From: Lentisphaeria bacterium
Lineage (GTDB): Bacteria > Verrucomicrobiota > Lentisphaeria > JABSQK01 > JAWLHB01
DNA: 64,000 nucleotides
Assembly: GCA_041690595.1 (NCBI GenBank)
Contig: JAWLHB010000011.1
Coordinates: forward strand, 62,001 to 126,000
Reading direction: 5' to 3'
In this document: positions 46,662 to 55,777 of the stretch, piece after piece
How positions within the stretch are numbered: the stretch's first letter is position 1
How the letters are laid out: each line of letters starts with the position of its first letter
Notes under the pieces: model-generated
What the model was told of the DNA's origin: nothing
What the model saw: only the letters and a program-made list of their open reading frames with translations
The model's database searches: none
Translations under genes and position numbers: made by a program

Positions 46662-48625
46662 GCCAGGGGACGTCCAGCCAGCAGAGGAGGCATGGGGCAC
46701 TGCAGGGCAGCGGCGACGGCCCGGAGTACCTCAGCCTCGCGCAGGGAGACCATTCCATCGCGGGCAATCGAGGCCGTGCAGGCGCGAATGAGGCGCCGGC
46801 GATCGGGCATGGTCAGCCGCTTCAGCTCTCGCAAGGCTTCGTCGACGCGGGCGATGATGCCTTCCTGAGGTGGCTGCCAGGCGATGCGCGCGGACACCTG
46901 GCCCAGTTCCTGCAAGGCGGCGGCAAAGGCGGCTTCCGCATCGGCATCGTCTCCGCCGCCGGTAAGAGCCAGGTAGCTGAGCAGCACGCCGGCGTCATCG
47001 GTGCATTGTGCGAGGGAGCGATCGGTCTGCTGACGGGGGTGCTGCCCTGCCACGGCGGCGTCGAGGGTGGTGAAGAGCACATGGCGCAAGGCGAATTCGA
47101 AGAGGTCGACCTGTTCATCCATCGAGACCAGAGATTCGATCTGCTCGTGGAATCTGGCATATTGACCGCTGGACATACGGCGGAGGGCGGGCAGGGTCAG
47201 ATCAGCCAAGGGCAGTCGATACTCTGGCCCCAGTTCGAAAACCGCCGGGAGCAGGCGGAGGGTTTCGGCGTAGATGTCGGCTTCGGCATGATTGCGCAGG
47301 TAGTCGTTCTGGAGCTGACGCACATCATCGTCGAAGCGGTCGAAGAGGAGGGCGAAGATGATGGCGCGGGCGCCATAGGTTTCGCGAGCGGCGTCGAGCA
47401 GGTCGCCGGGAAGAGAGTTGCGCAATTCGGAGGCGTAGGCGATGTGCTCGACTTGCGGAGCGCCAACGGAGTTGGACATGGTCTCGGGTCGAACGCTCTT
47501 CGGTGCGGCGGGTGCGGCGGCGGGCGTGGCGCCGGCAAATCCGGCTGCACCGGGAGTCTGAAAGGCGGCGCCGGATGGGGCGGGGGGGGCGCCCTCAGGG
47601 ACTTTTCCGGCTTCGAGGCGCCGGATTCGTTCTTCGAGTGGGGGATGGGTGGCCATCAAGCTGAACCAGGCTGGACGCATGGCTTCGCCGAAGAACATGT
47701 GGCTGGTCTCTTCGGTGTGGGCGTTCTTGACGCGCGAACCCTCGGAGAAGCCGCCGATCTTCCTGAGCGCACCGGCAATGCCGGCCGGATAGCGGGTAAA
47801 CTGCACGGCGGCCGCATCGGCCAGATACTCGCGCTGTCGGGAGACGGCTGCCTTGATGAATCGCCCGAAGAAGACGCCGATCCAGCCGATCACCCAGATG
47901 ATGAGGCCAAAGAGCATGATGGCCAGGACGGCGCCGCCCCCGTCCTTGTCGCGGCTGCTACGGCGCCGGTAGCTGGCGGGATGGACGATGCGGAAGATGA
48001 GGTAGCCGGCGACACTGATGGCAAGAATGCCGAAGAGGATGCCCGTCAGCCGGATGTTCATGCGCATGTCACCGTTGAGGATATGGCTGAACTCGTGGGC
48101 GACCACACCCTGCAATTCGTCACGGGACAGGCGTTGCAGCGATCCTCGGGTAAAGGCGACGACGGCGTCTTCCGGCGAGTATCCGGCGGCGAAAGCGTTT
48201 ATGCTCTCTTCGTCGTCCATGATATAAACGGGTGGGACGGGGGTACCGCTGGCGATGGCCATTTCCTCGACGACGTTCAGCAGCTTTCGTTCATCCGGAT
48301 CGCTGGTGTTGCTGTCGACCAGGCGTCCGTTGAACATGCGGGCGACGGCTTCACCGCCACTGGAAAGGGAGTGGGTCTTCCAGGCGCTGCTCAGCAAGAC
48401 GACGGCCAGGGTACTGACGGTGACGATGAGGAAGAGAGCGGGGTTCCACAGTGGGGCGGAAAAGGTTCCCGTCGTCCCTGCTTTTGCTTCGACGCCGAGA
48501 AAGATCAGGGCGGCGGCGAAATAGATGGCGACGATGATGCAGACGACGGCGCAGATGAAGAGGACCACCAGGCGTCGGGTGTTTTTTCGAGCCTGATCCT
48601 GCTGGCCAAAGAAGTCGATGACCAT
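46658..48625 (-). CDS. M48-family (HtpX-like) membrane zinc metalloprotease with C-terminal extension
   Basis: INAFAAG, HEFSH, SRQREYLADA, THPPLEERI. Start at 48625 or 48646. Confidence 0.92.
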   Translation of the reverse strand: MVIDFFGQQDQARKNTRRLVVLFICAVVCIIVAIYFAAALIFLGVEAKAGTTGTFSAPLWNPALFLIVTVSTLAVVLLSSAWKTHSLSSGGEAVARMFNGRLVDSNTSDPDERKLLNVVEEMAIASGTPVPPVYIMDDEESINAFAAGYSPEDAVVAFTRGSLQRLSRDELQGVVAHEFSHILNGDMRMNIRLTGILFGILAISVAGYLIFRIVHPASYRRRSSRDKDGGGAVLAIMLFGLIIWVIGWIGVFFGRFIKAAVSRQREYLADAAAVQFTRYPAGIAGALRKIGGFSEGSRVKNAHTEETSHMFFGEAMRPAWFSLMATHPPLEERIRRLEAGKVPEGAPPAPSGAAFQTPGAAGFAGATPAAAPAAPKSVRPETMSNSVGAPQVEHIAYASELRNSLPGDLLDAARETYGARAIIFALLFDRFDDDVRQLQNDYLRNHAEADIYAETLRLLPAVFELGPEYRLPLADLTLPALRRMSSGQYARFHEQIESLVSMDEQVDLFEFALRHVLFTTLDAAVAGQHPRQQTDRSLAQCTDDAGVLLSYLALTGGGDDADAEAAFAAALQELGQVSARIAWQPPQEGIIARVDEALRELKRLTMPDRRRLIRACTASIARDGMVSLREAEVLRAVAAALQCPMPPLLAGRPLA

Positions 48626-48673
48626 GTTCGGAGCTTCACGGGCCATGTGAGGTAGTCCCAGGTTGGATCGTCA

Positions 48674-49291
48674 TCAGTCGAAGGAGACCTTGGGTGCTTC
48701 ACGTTCTTCGGCGACGGTGACTTCGAAGAGTTCGGCTTCCTTGAAGCCCAGAGGGGAGGCGATCAGGACAGTCGGGAAGCTTTCGCGACTGGTGTTGTAG
48801 AGGGTAACGCTGTCGTTGTAGGCCTGGCGTGCAAAGGCGATCTTGTTCTCGGTGGAGGTCAGTTCTTCCATGAGCTGGCTCATGTGGCGGTCGCCCTTGA
48901 GGTCGGGGTAGTTCTCGACGACGGCAAAGAGACGGCCGAGGGCGCCGGTAAGGGCTGTTTCCGCACCCATGAGGCCACGCATGGCCTGGGGATCGCCGGG
49001 GGTTTCGGCGGCCTTACCGGCGGCGGTGGACGCCTGATTCCGAGCGGCGATGACGGCTTCGAGGGTCTCGCGCTCATGCTTGAGATAGCCTTTGGCGGTG
49101 CTGACCAGGTTCGGGATGAGGTCGTAGCGACGCTTGAGCTGGACATCGATCTGGGCGAAGGCATTCTTGAAGCGGTTGCGGAGGGTGACGAGCTTGTTGT
49201 AGGCGCCCATGACGACCAGTCCGACGACCACCAGTAGCAGGACGATCAGTCCGACGATCACGAGGATGATGATAAGGCCTGTCGACATCAT
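48674..49291 (-). CDS. lemA: LemA family protein
   Basis: N-terminal TM; QIDVQLKRRYDLIPNLV, ENYPDLK, TENKIAFARQAYN. Confidence 0.95.
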   Translation of the reverse strand: MMSTGLIIILVIVGLIVLLLVVVGLVVMGAYNKLVTLRNRFKNAFAQIDVQLKRRYDLIPNLVSTAKGYLKHERETLEAVIAARNQASTAAGKAAETPGDPQAMRGLMGAETALTGALGRLFAVVENYPDLKGDRHMSQLMEELTSTENKIAFARQAYNDSVTLYNTSRESFPTVLIASPLGFKEAELFEVTVAEEREAPKVSFD

Positions 49292-49484
49292 GGCGATTCT
49301 CCTTGCAGCGTTTCATTCATTAAAGAACAATCATACGATTTGAGGCAATGTGGCAGTATTCCTCGCCATAATCAAGTTGCGGGGGCGGAAATGGATGGGG
49401 TGAGGTTGCAGGAAGGGGCATGCATCTTTAAGTTGTGGCAGATAGTCGAGTCGTACAAACCGAGTCATGAGAAAGGAGGTTGTC

Positions 49485-50723
49485 ATGGGGATTTCGCGAG
49501 AACGCGTACTGACGGCGTTGGATCATCGGCGGCCGGACAGGGTACCGGTGGACTTTGGGGGACATCGTTCGAGTGGCATCATGGCAATTGCCTACCGCAA
49601 GCTGCGGCGTCACCTCGGTCTGCCGGAGCGTCTGCCTCGGGTTTACGATCTGATTCAGCAACTGGCGGTGATCGATGACGACGTGCTGGATCGTTTTGGG
49701 GTGGACACGGTCGAGCTTGGGCGCGGGTTCTGTCAGGATGATCGGTGGTGGAAGGAGTGGGTGCTGCCGGATGGAAGCGCCTGCCTGATTCCCGCATGGA
49801 CGAAGATCCGCAAGCAGGGCGGCGACTGGTTTCTGGATAGTCCCAGTGGCAGACCGGTTGGGGTGCAGAAGGAGGGATCGCTTTATTTCGAGCAGATCCA
49901 CTGGCCTTTTCTGGAGGGCATTCCGCGGGATCTGGAGAATCTGGCGGAGGTGCTGCCGGAGGTGATGTGGGCCTTTCCCGCCCCGCCCGGGCCGGCTGCT
50001 TGCAGTCCCGGATCGCTGGCGGAGGGCGCGGCGGCGTTGCGTGCATCCACGGATCGGGCAATCATCGGTCTTTTTGGCGGCAATCTGCTCGAATGGCTGC
50101 AGTTCCTGCTGCGGACCGACACCTGCTTCCTGCTGATGGCGAGCGAGCCGGCGCAGGTTCACCGGCTGTTGGATCGGCTGGTGGAGCTGCATCTGGCCAA
50201 TCTCGAGCGCTTCCTTGGCGCCGTGGGGCCGCACATCGACATCATCCTTTTTGGAGACGATCTGGGCATGCAGCGTGGCCCGCAGATCTCGCCGGCGATG
50301 TACAGGGAGTACTTCAAGCCACGCCATCAGCTCATGTGGCGGCGGGCGAGGGAGCTGGCTGAGGTCAAGGTGAATCTGCACAGTTGTGGAGGCATTCGTC
50401 CCTTGCTTGACGATCTCATCGACGCTGGTCTGGATGCGGTCAATCCCGTACAGACCAGCGCCGTCGGCATGGAGCCGGAGCCCTTGATGCGGGACTTTGG
50501 CCGTCGCCTCTGTCTGTGGGGTGGGGGATGCGATACGCAGACGATCCTGCCGAAGGCGTCGCCCGCCGAGGTGCGGAAACACGTCCTTGCCAATCTGGAG
50601 ATTCTGGCGCCAGGTGGCAGTTTCGTTTTCCAGCAGGTCCACAATATCATGGCGGATGTACCCGCGGAGAATATCGTGGCGATGTTCGATGCGGTAGCGG
50701 AGTATAACGGCCGCGGCAACTGA
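49485..50723 (+). CDS. Uroporphyrinogen-decarboxylase/methyltransferase-family (URO-D fold) protein
   Basis: RERVLTALDHRRPDRVPVDFGG, GDDLG, LHSCG, NPVQ, WGGGCDTQ, VHNI; AGGAGG RBS. Confidence 0.88.
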   Translation: MGISRERVLTALDHRRPDRVPVDFGGHRSSGIMAIAYRKLRRHLGLPERLPRVYDLIQQLAVIDDDVLDRFGVDTVELGRGFCQDDRWWKEWVLPDGSACLIPAWTKIRKQGGDWFLDSPSGRPVGVQKEGSLYFEQIHWPFLEGIPRDLENLAEVLPEVMWAFPAPPGPAACSPGSLAEGAAALRASTDRAIIGLFGGNLLEWLQFLLRTDTCFLLMASEPAQVHRLLDRLVELHLANLERFLGAVGPHIDIILFGDDLGMQRGPQISPAMYREYFKPRHQLMWRRARELAEVKVNLHSCGGIRPLLDDLIDAGLDAVNPVQTSAVGMEPEPLMRDFGRRLCLWGGGCDTQTILPKASPAEVRKHVLANLEILAPGGSFVFQQVHNIMADVPAENIVAMFDAVAEYNGRGN

Positions 50724-50801
50724 GCGACTATCACGTGTTATTTCGGGGAGAGAGTATAGAGTAAGCAGAACCCTTTCACTGCGCGGAGAGCATCAGTAAG
50801 C

Positions 50802-51941
50802 ATGCAGAAGGTAAGTCAGGCAGAAATCGCCAAGGTGGTGGGCGTCTCACGCTCGACGGTGGCTTGGGCCCTGAACCCGAAGCGTCGCCTCAAGCTGAAG
50901 AAGGAGACGCGCGAGCGTATCGAGGAAGTGGCTCGAAGCATGGATTACCGGCCTCATCGCTATGCGCAGATCATGCGGCGGGGCAAGAGCGGGATCATCG
51001 GCATTCTGCGTTTTCCCGGTTATTCGGATTTTCGGATGGAGATCGAGCTTCAGACTCTGGAGCGGGTTCGCGGTGCCGGATACCAGCCGATGTTGGCGCG
51101 GGTGATCGATCCTGAGCTTGTTCTGGGGCCTTGCGAGGAGCTGCTCGACGCGCAGGTGGAGGGGGTGATCATCGATGGCCCGAACCCGCGGCATCTGCCG
51201 GAGGTGATGAAACGTTTCAATGATGCGCATCTTCCTGTGGTGATGCTTTCGAGTTCGCAGACGCCGGGCGGTGTGCATGTGCGCAGTGACATGAGGCAGG
51301 GGATGCACGAGATCACCAGCCACCTTGTTGGGCTTGGTCACCGGTGGTTGACGCTCCTGCTTCTGTGGAGCGACGTGGAGCACATTGTGCCGGACATGTG
51401 GCGGATGCTCGACCGCCTTCATGGTTTCTGCGATGGTATTCGCGAAGCGGGCGGAAGCCTGCTGGTGAGGGATGAAGACAAGCCGCGGATCTTCAGGAGC
51501 ACCACTGTCGATCTGCAACCTGGCGCGGGTGAGGTGACAGGTGAGATTGTACTCTTTGAGTCGCGAGCGGTGCAACGGGACATGCATGTGGATGGCTGGA
51601 CAGCGGCCCGCGAGCGGCTGCAGCGGCAGCCGTTGCCGGATGTCCTTGTCTGCAACAATGACGACTGGGCAGTGGGGGCCATGCGCGCTTGCGCGCAGGC
51701 TGGGTTGCAGGTGCCGGAGCAGATAGCGATCACCGGGCACGACGACATTGGCATCGGCGCCTACCTCACGCCGCCCTTGACCACCGCACGCCATCCGGTC
51801 GAAGAGAATACGAAGACGGCGGTACGCCTGCTGCTGGAGATGATCGACGGGAAGGAACTCTCGACTCGCGACATCGCCATACCGAGCCGTCTGGTGGTTC
51901 GCGAATCCTGCGGTGCTCTGCTCGATCACCGATCCCGTTGA
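50802..51941 (+). CDS. LacI-family transcriptional regulator
   Basis: HTH QAEIAKVVGVSRSTVAWALN; CNNDDWAVGA, VPEQIAITGHDD, PPLTT, LVVRES. Confidence 0.92.
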   Translation: MQKVSQAEIAKVVGVSRSTVAWALNPKRRLKLKKETRERIEEVARSMDYRPHRYAQIMRRGKSGIIGILRFPGYSDFRMEIELQTLERVRGAGYQPMLARVIDPELVLGPCEELLDAQVEGVIIDGPNPRHLPEVMKRFNDAHLPVVMLSSSQTPGGVHVRSDMRQGMHEITSHLVGLGHRWLTLLLLWSDVEHIVPDMWRMLDRLHGFCDGIREAGGSLLVRDEDKPRIFRSTTVDLQPGAGEVTGEIVLFESRAVQRDMHVDGWTAARERLQRQPLPDVLVCNNDDWAVGAMRACAQAGLQVPEQIAITGHDDIGIGAYLTPPLTTARHPVEENTKTAVRLLLEMIDGKELSTRDIAIPSRLVVRESCGALLDHRSR

Positions 51942-51952
51942 ACCTGGGGAGC

Positions 51953-52516
51953 TCAGACCTGCATGAGATCTTTCTCTTTCTTCGCGACCAGGTCATCAAT
52001 CTGCTTGCTGTAGTCATCGATGAGTTTCTGCACGTCATCGAGCATTTCGCGCATGTCATCCTCGGTGATATCCGAGGCCTTTTCGGCCTTCTTGATGGCT
52101 TCGTTGGCATCGCGGCGGTGGGTTCGGAGGGCGACCTTTGCCTCTTCGGCGCGTCTGTGGAGCTGCTTGGTGAGGTCGCGGCGGCGTTCCTCGGTGAGTT
52201 CTGGGATGGGGAGGCGGATGACTCTGCCGTCGTTGAGGGGGCTGATGCCGAGGTTGGAGAGCTGGATGGCCTTTTCGATGGCGGAAAGGGCCTTGTTATC
52301 CCATGGCTGAATAACGAGGAGTCGCGGCTCGGGGGTGGTGATGCCGGCGATGTCGCGGAGGCGTGCCTGTGAGCCGTAATACTCGACCATGAGTCCTTCA
52401 ACCAGGGCGGGTGAGGCTTTGCCTGTGCGCAGTGCGGAGAAATCGCGTTCGGCTGCCTCGACAGCCCCCATCATGTTCTCTTCGGTCTCCAGAAGTAGTG
52501 TATTAATGTCCGCCAT
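51953..52516 (-). CDS. frr: Ribosome recycling factor
   Basis: LRTGKAS, VEYYG, IQPWD, NDGRVIRLPIPELTEERR, KKEKDLMQV. Confidence 0.96.
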   Translation of the reverse strand: MADINTLLLETEENMMGAVEAAERDFSALRTGKASPALVEGLMVEYYGSQARLRDIAGITTPEPRLLVIQPWDNKALSAIEKAIQLSNLGISPLNDGRVIRLPIPELTEERRRDLTKQLHRRAEEAKVALRTHRRDANEAIKKAEKASDITEDDMREMLDDVQKLIDDYSKQIDDLVAKKEKDLMQV

Positions 52517-52657
52517 AGTCGTTGATCTCCGGTAGGTATTTGCCGCTGCCTGGCCAGCCAGGCGCCGTGCAACCGCAAAGGTGGTCCACTTGAATTTGTT
52601 TACGTGTAGCCGCGGCGGCGACGATTTCAACTGCAATGGTGCAAATTGCCGATGAAG

Positions 52658-53920
52658 TCAGGGCAGTTGCTGGCGAAGTTGCTGGAGGTAACGTGCGATA
52701 GCGGGGGAATGGTGCAACTCGAGTGCCTGTCGCAGTTGATCGGCACCCGCGGCCAAGTCTCCATCCTCGACCAAGAGTCGTGCCAGGCCGATGCGGGCAT
52801 GCCAGGCGTGTGGCTGGCCTAGGCGAATGGCGCGCTCGTAGAGGCGCTTTGCCTCGTCGGTTTCTCCCGCCTTGGCGAGGAGGGGGGCGGTGTAGAGCAG
52901 AAGTCGCCCATTGGCGGGTGCCTGGTCGATGGCCTGACGGTAGAGATCCAGCGCGGTCCGATCATCGCCGGCCGCGGCTGCGAAGGCGCCGCGAATGCCA
53001 AGGAGGCGAGCCTGATGCCGGCTGGGGAGCGACTCCTGCCTGGGCTGCAGGAGATGTACGAGCGCTTCGGCTTCGGCAAGTCGTTCCAGAGAGAGGAGCC
53101 CTTCGGCAGCCTGCAAGAGACGTTCCGGCGGTGCGCCGGCGTCCAGCGCGTCTGCCTCGCGATAGGTGTCGAGGGCGGCTTCATACAAGCGCTGATCGAG
53201 GAGCAGGTCGCCCAGCATCAACAGGGCGGTCGAATCCGCGACTGCGAGCATCCGCATGGACTGCAGGAGCAGCAAGGCCTTCTCCTGATCGCGGTCCTGC
53301 AGTGCGGCGTTGACACGCAGTTGCCACAGATCGGGTTGGGAAGGATCGCGGGCGAGGGCGCGTCGCGCCAGTGGCTCCGCCTCCAGCCAGCGTTCCTGGA
53401 GCATCAGCGCCTGGAGGAGGGCGCGCACCAGTTCAGGGTCGTCGGGAGCATGAATGAGGGCTTGACGGATGGCGGTTTCGGCGGCGAGCGGCTGGTCGAG
53501 GGCGAGCAAGGTCCAGGCGAGCAGTCGCCAGTCGGTTGCCGCCTCCTGATCACCGATGGCTACCAGCCTCTGGAGGTGTGGCAAGGCTATTGCATGATTG
53601 CCGAGCGAAACATGCAGGGTGGCGAGCATGCGCCGGGCGCGGGTGAAATCCGGTTTGGCGGCGAGTGCATCTTCGAGTGGTTGCAGGGCCGCGGGCGCGT
53701 CGCCGGCCTGGTAGCGGAATACGGCCAGGGCATAGAGGAGGGCGGGATTGGCGTCTTTGCCGAGTGTGGCGGCGAGTTGGCTGGCGGCGGCGGCTGGATC
53801 GTCCTCGGCCAGTTGGCGCAGGAGTTCCAGGCGCTGGCCTTCCTCGGCGGTCAGTTCAGGTTCGACGGCGCGGAGAAGGAGGGAGGCGGAGAGGAGGAGC
53901 GTGGCAAAGAGGAAACGCAT
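52658..53920 (-). CDS. Exported tetratricopeptide-repeat protein (TtpD-like)
   Basis: Signal peptide then repeated TPR-like helical units; last gene of the Ton operon. Confidence 0.8.
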   Translation of the reverse strand: MRFLFATLLLSASLLLRAVEPELTAEEGQRLELLRQLAEDDPAAAASQLAATLGKDANPALLYALAVFRYQAGDAPAALQPLEDALAAKPDFTRARRMLATLHVSLGNHAIALPHLQRLVAIGDQEAATDWRLLAWTLLALDQPLAAETAIRQALIHAPDDPELVRALLQALMLQERWLEAEPLARRALARDPSQPDLWQLRVNAALQDRDQEKALLLLQSMRMLAVADSTALLMLGDLLLDQRLYEAALDTYREADALDAGAPPERLLQAAEGLLSLERLAEAEALVHLLQPRQESLPSRHQARLLGIRGAFAAAAGDDRTALDLYRQAIDQAPANGRLLLYTAPLLAKAGETDEAKRLYERAIRLGQPHAWHARIGLARLLVEDGDLAAGADQLRQALELHHSPAIARYLQQLRQQLP

Positions 53921-53924
53921 GGTG

Positions 53925-54716
53925 TCAGTCCAGTTGGTAACGGATCCGCATCTGGACGCGGACGGATACAGGGAGGCCATCGCGGGTGGCTGGTTCGAAG
54001 CGCCAGTGAGAGAGGCCGTCGCGGGTGGTGGTCTCGAAGACGCCAGCCGGGCGCGACTCGACGATGCGCACATCCGTCACCTGGCCATCGCTGGTCACGG
54101 TGAAGTGGGCTTCAGCATAGCCTTCGATGCGGCGGCGCTGGGCGGTCATGGGGTAGGGGGGGCGAGGAGAGTAGGTGGGCCGAGGCATCTGGTCGACCTC
54201 ATCCGCTCCGTAAACCGGTGGACTGGCGGGAGGGGCGGGAGGGGCAGCCTGCTGGCGGACGGGTTCGGGTGCTGGAGGTTGGGGCTGTGGCGTGGGTTGA
54301 GGTGCAGGCGGCTGTGGCACGGCGGCGACCTGGAAGTTCAGATCGGCTACGGGCTTGAGCTTGGGGGGGAGCAGCTCGAGCACAATTGGGAGCGGGGTAG
54401 TCGGAGGTCGGGGCACTTCCGGTGGGGGTGGTTGAGGCGGGGGAGGTAGAATCGGACTTGGCGTGGGCGGCGGAGGTTCGGGGGCGATGGCGGGGTCGAG
54501 CACGGGTGGAGGTGAGGGAAGACGCATGGTGCTAACCGGGCTCGTTTCCATGGGAGTGGCCTTCGGCGTTGGGGTAAAGACGTCGGCCATGGGAAGCAGG
54601 ATGAGCGTGCCGATGGTGAAGATGGCGGCCGCGAGGACGATCAGCCAGCCGCCGCGAGCGCGACGGGCGCCTTGGTAGACCAGAGCACGGTTGGCGAGGA
54701 GCTGTTGTGTGTCCAT
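53925..54716 (-). CDS. tonB: Energy transducer TonB
   Basis: N-terminal TM, Pro-rich linker, C-terminal PPYP..A....IEG...FTV..DG.V...WRFEPA. Confidence 0.9.
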   Translation of the reverse strand: MDTQQLLANRALVYQGARRARGGWLIVLAAAIFTIGTLILLPMADVFTPTPKATPMETSPVSTMRLPSPPPVLDPAIAPEPPPPTPSPILPPPPQPPPPEVPRPPTTPLPIVLELLPPKLKPVADLNFQVAAVPQPPAPQPTPQPQPPAPEPVRQQAAPPAPPASPPVYGADEVDQMPRPTYSPRPPYPMTAQRRRIEGYAEAHFTVTSDGQVTDVRIVESRPAGVFETTTRDGLSHWRFEPATRDGLPVSVRVQMRIRYQLD

Positions 54717-54722
54717 GTGCGG

Positions 54723-55130
54723 CTACTCCGGCTTGGTGGCGATGTGCACGTCGGTGGCGCCGGCCAGCTTGCACTCGTCAATGACGTCGACCAGCAGGCC
54801 GGCGGGCGCCTGGATGTCGGCCAGGAGGATGACCGGAGTTTGTTCATGCCGATGCAGTCGTGCGATCAGGCCGCGAATGCTGTTGAGGTTGATTTCGGCA
54901 CCGGCATAGACGAGCCGTCCATCGGCGGTGATAGCAAGCTGGATGCTGGACTTGTCGACGGCTTCGGCGGTGGCTGCCGCCGGCTTGTTGACGGGGACAC
55001 CTGCTTCTTCGACAAAGACGGTGGTGACCATGAAGAAGATGAGGAGGAGGAAGACCATGTCAATCAGGGGGGAGAGATTGATGTCGAGGTTTTCGTTGGT
55101 TTCGAGCTGGATGTCGGTGAGTCGTTTCAT
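54723..55130 (-). CDS. exbD: Biopolymer transport protein ExbD
   Basis: DINLSPLIDMVFLLLIFFMV with the conserved Asp; ILLAD...VIDECKLAGA. Confidence 0.93.
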   Translation of the reverse strand: MKRLTDIQLETNENLDINLSPLIDMVFLLLIFFMVTTVFVEEAGVPVNKPAAATAEAVDKSSIQLAITADGRLVYAGAEINLNSIRGLIARLHRHEQTPVILLADIQAPAGLLVDVIDECKLAGATDVHIATKPE

Positions 55131-55777
55131 CCGGCGCCTCGTTGGTCACGATGAGCCATCATGAGGTAGAGGTAGCTTTCGCAGCGGTCGAGTTGGTTGC
55201 GGAGGCGTTGATAGAGCTGGAAGAGGTGGGCGAGGCCGAAGGCGCCGGGTAGTGCGGCCAGGAGGCCGACCTGGGTGGTGATGAGGGCCTGGCTGATGCC
55301 GCCGGAGACCATGGCGGCGGTCTCACCGGACTGCAGTGCCACGCCATGGAAGGTGGCGACCATGCCCAGGACGGTGCCGAGGAGTCCAGTCAGGGGCGCG
55401 ACGGTCACCAGAGCGCCGAGGAGGTAGAAGCTGTGGGTGAAGACGGCCAGCTCGGCATCGCGGCATTGGGCGAAGGCGTCGCGGAAGGGGAGGCCGGCGG
55501 CGAGGCGGGCCAGCAGATGGCGCAGGACGCGCGGGGTGGCGCCGGGCAGGGAGTCGAGCCAACTCGACAGGTTCGGATCCTTGCCGATGAATCGGCATTC
55601 CAGCTCTTCCAGGCACTGCCCTGAGGTGGTGACCGCTTCTCGAAGCTGGCGCAGCATCGAGAGGTAGCCGTACCAGATGCCGAAGGAGACCAGCGCCAGC
55701 GGCAGCATCAGCCAGCCGCCTGCACGCCAATATTCGAGCACGAGGTGTAGAATCTGCGTGCCGCGGTCGATGGTCAT
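55127..55777 (-). CDS. exbB: MotA/TolQ/ExbB proton-channel protein (short)
   Basis: GGWLM, APLTGLLGTVLGM, GGISQALITTQVGL; ATGA overlaps at both ends. Confidence 0.88.
   Translation of the reverse strand: MTIDRGTQILHLVLEYWRAGGWLMLPLALVSFGIWYGYLSMLRQLREAVTTSGQCLEELECRFIGKDPNLSSWLDSLPGATPRVLRHLLARLAAGLPFRDAFAQCRDAELAVFTHSFYLLGALVTVAPLTGLLGTVLGMVATFHGVALQSGETAAMVSGGISQALITTQVGLLAALPGAFGLAHLFQLYQRLRNQLDRCESYLYLMMAHRDQRGAG

Noticed and set aside
46628..48655. 675-aa plus-strand ORF
   Set aside because: Antisense shadow of the M48 protease.
54180..54520. Very G-rich low-complexity tract
   Set aside because: Explained by the proline-rich TonB linker encoded on the minus strand.
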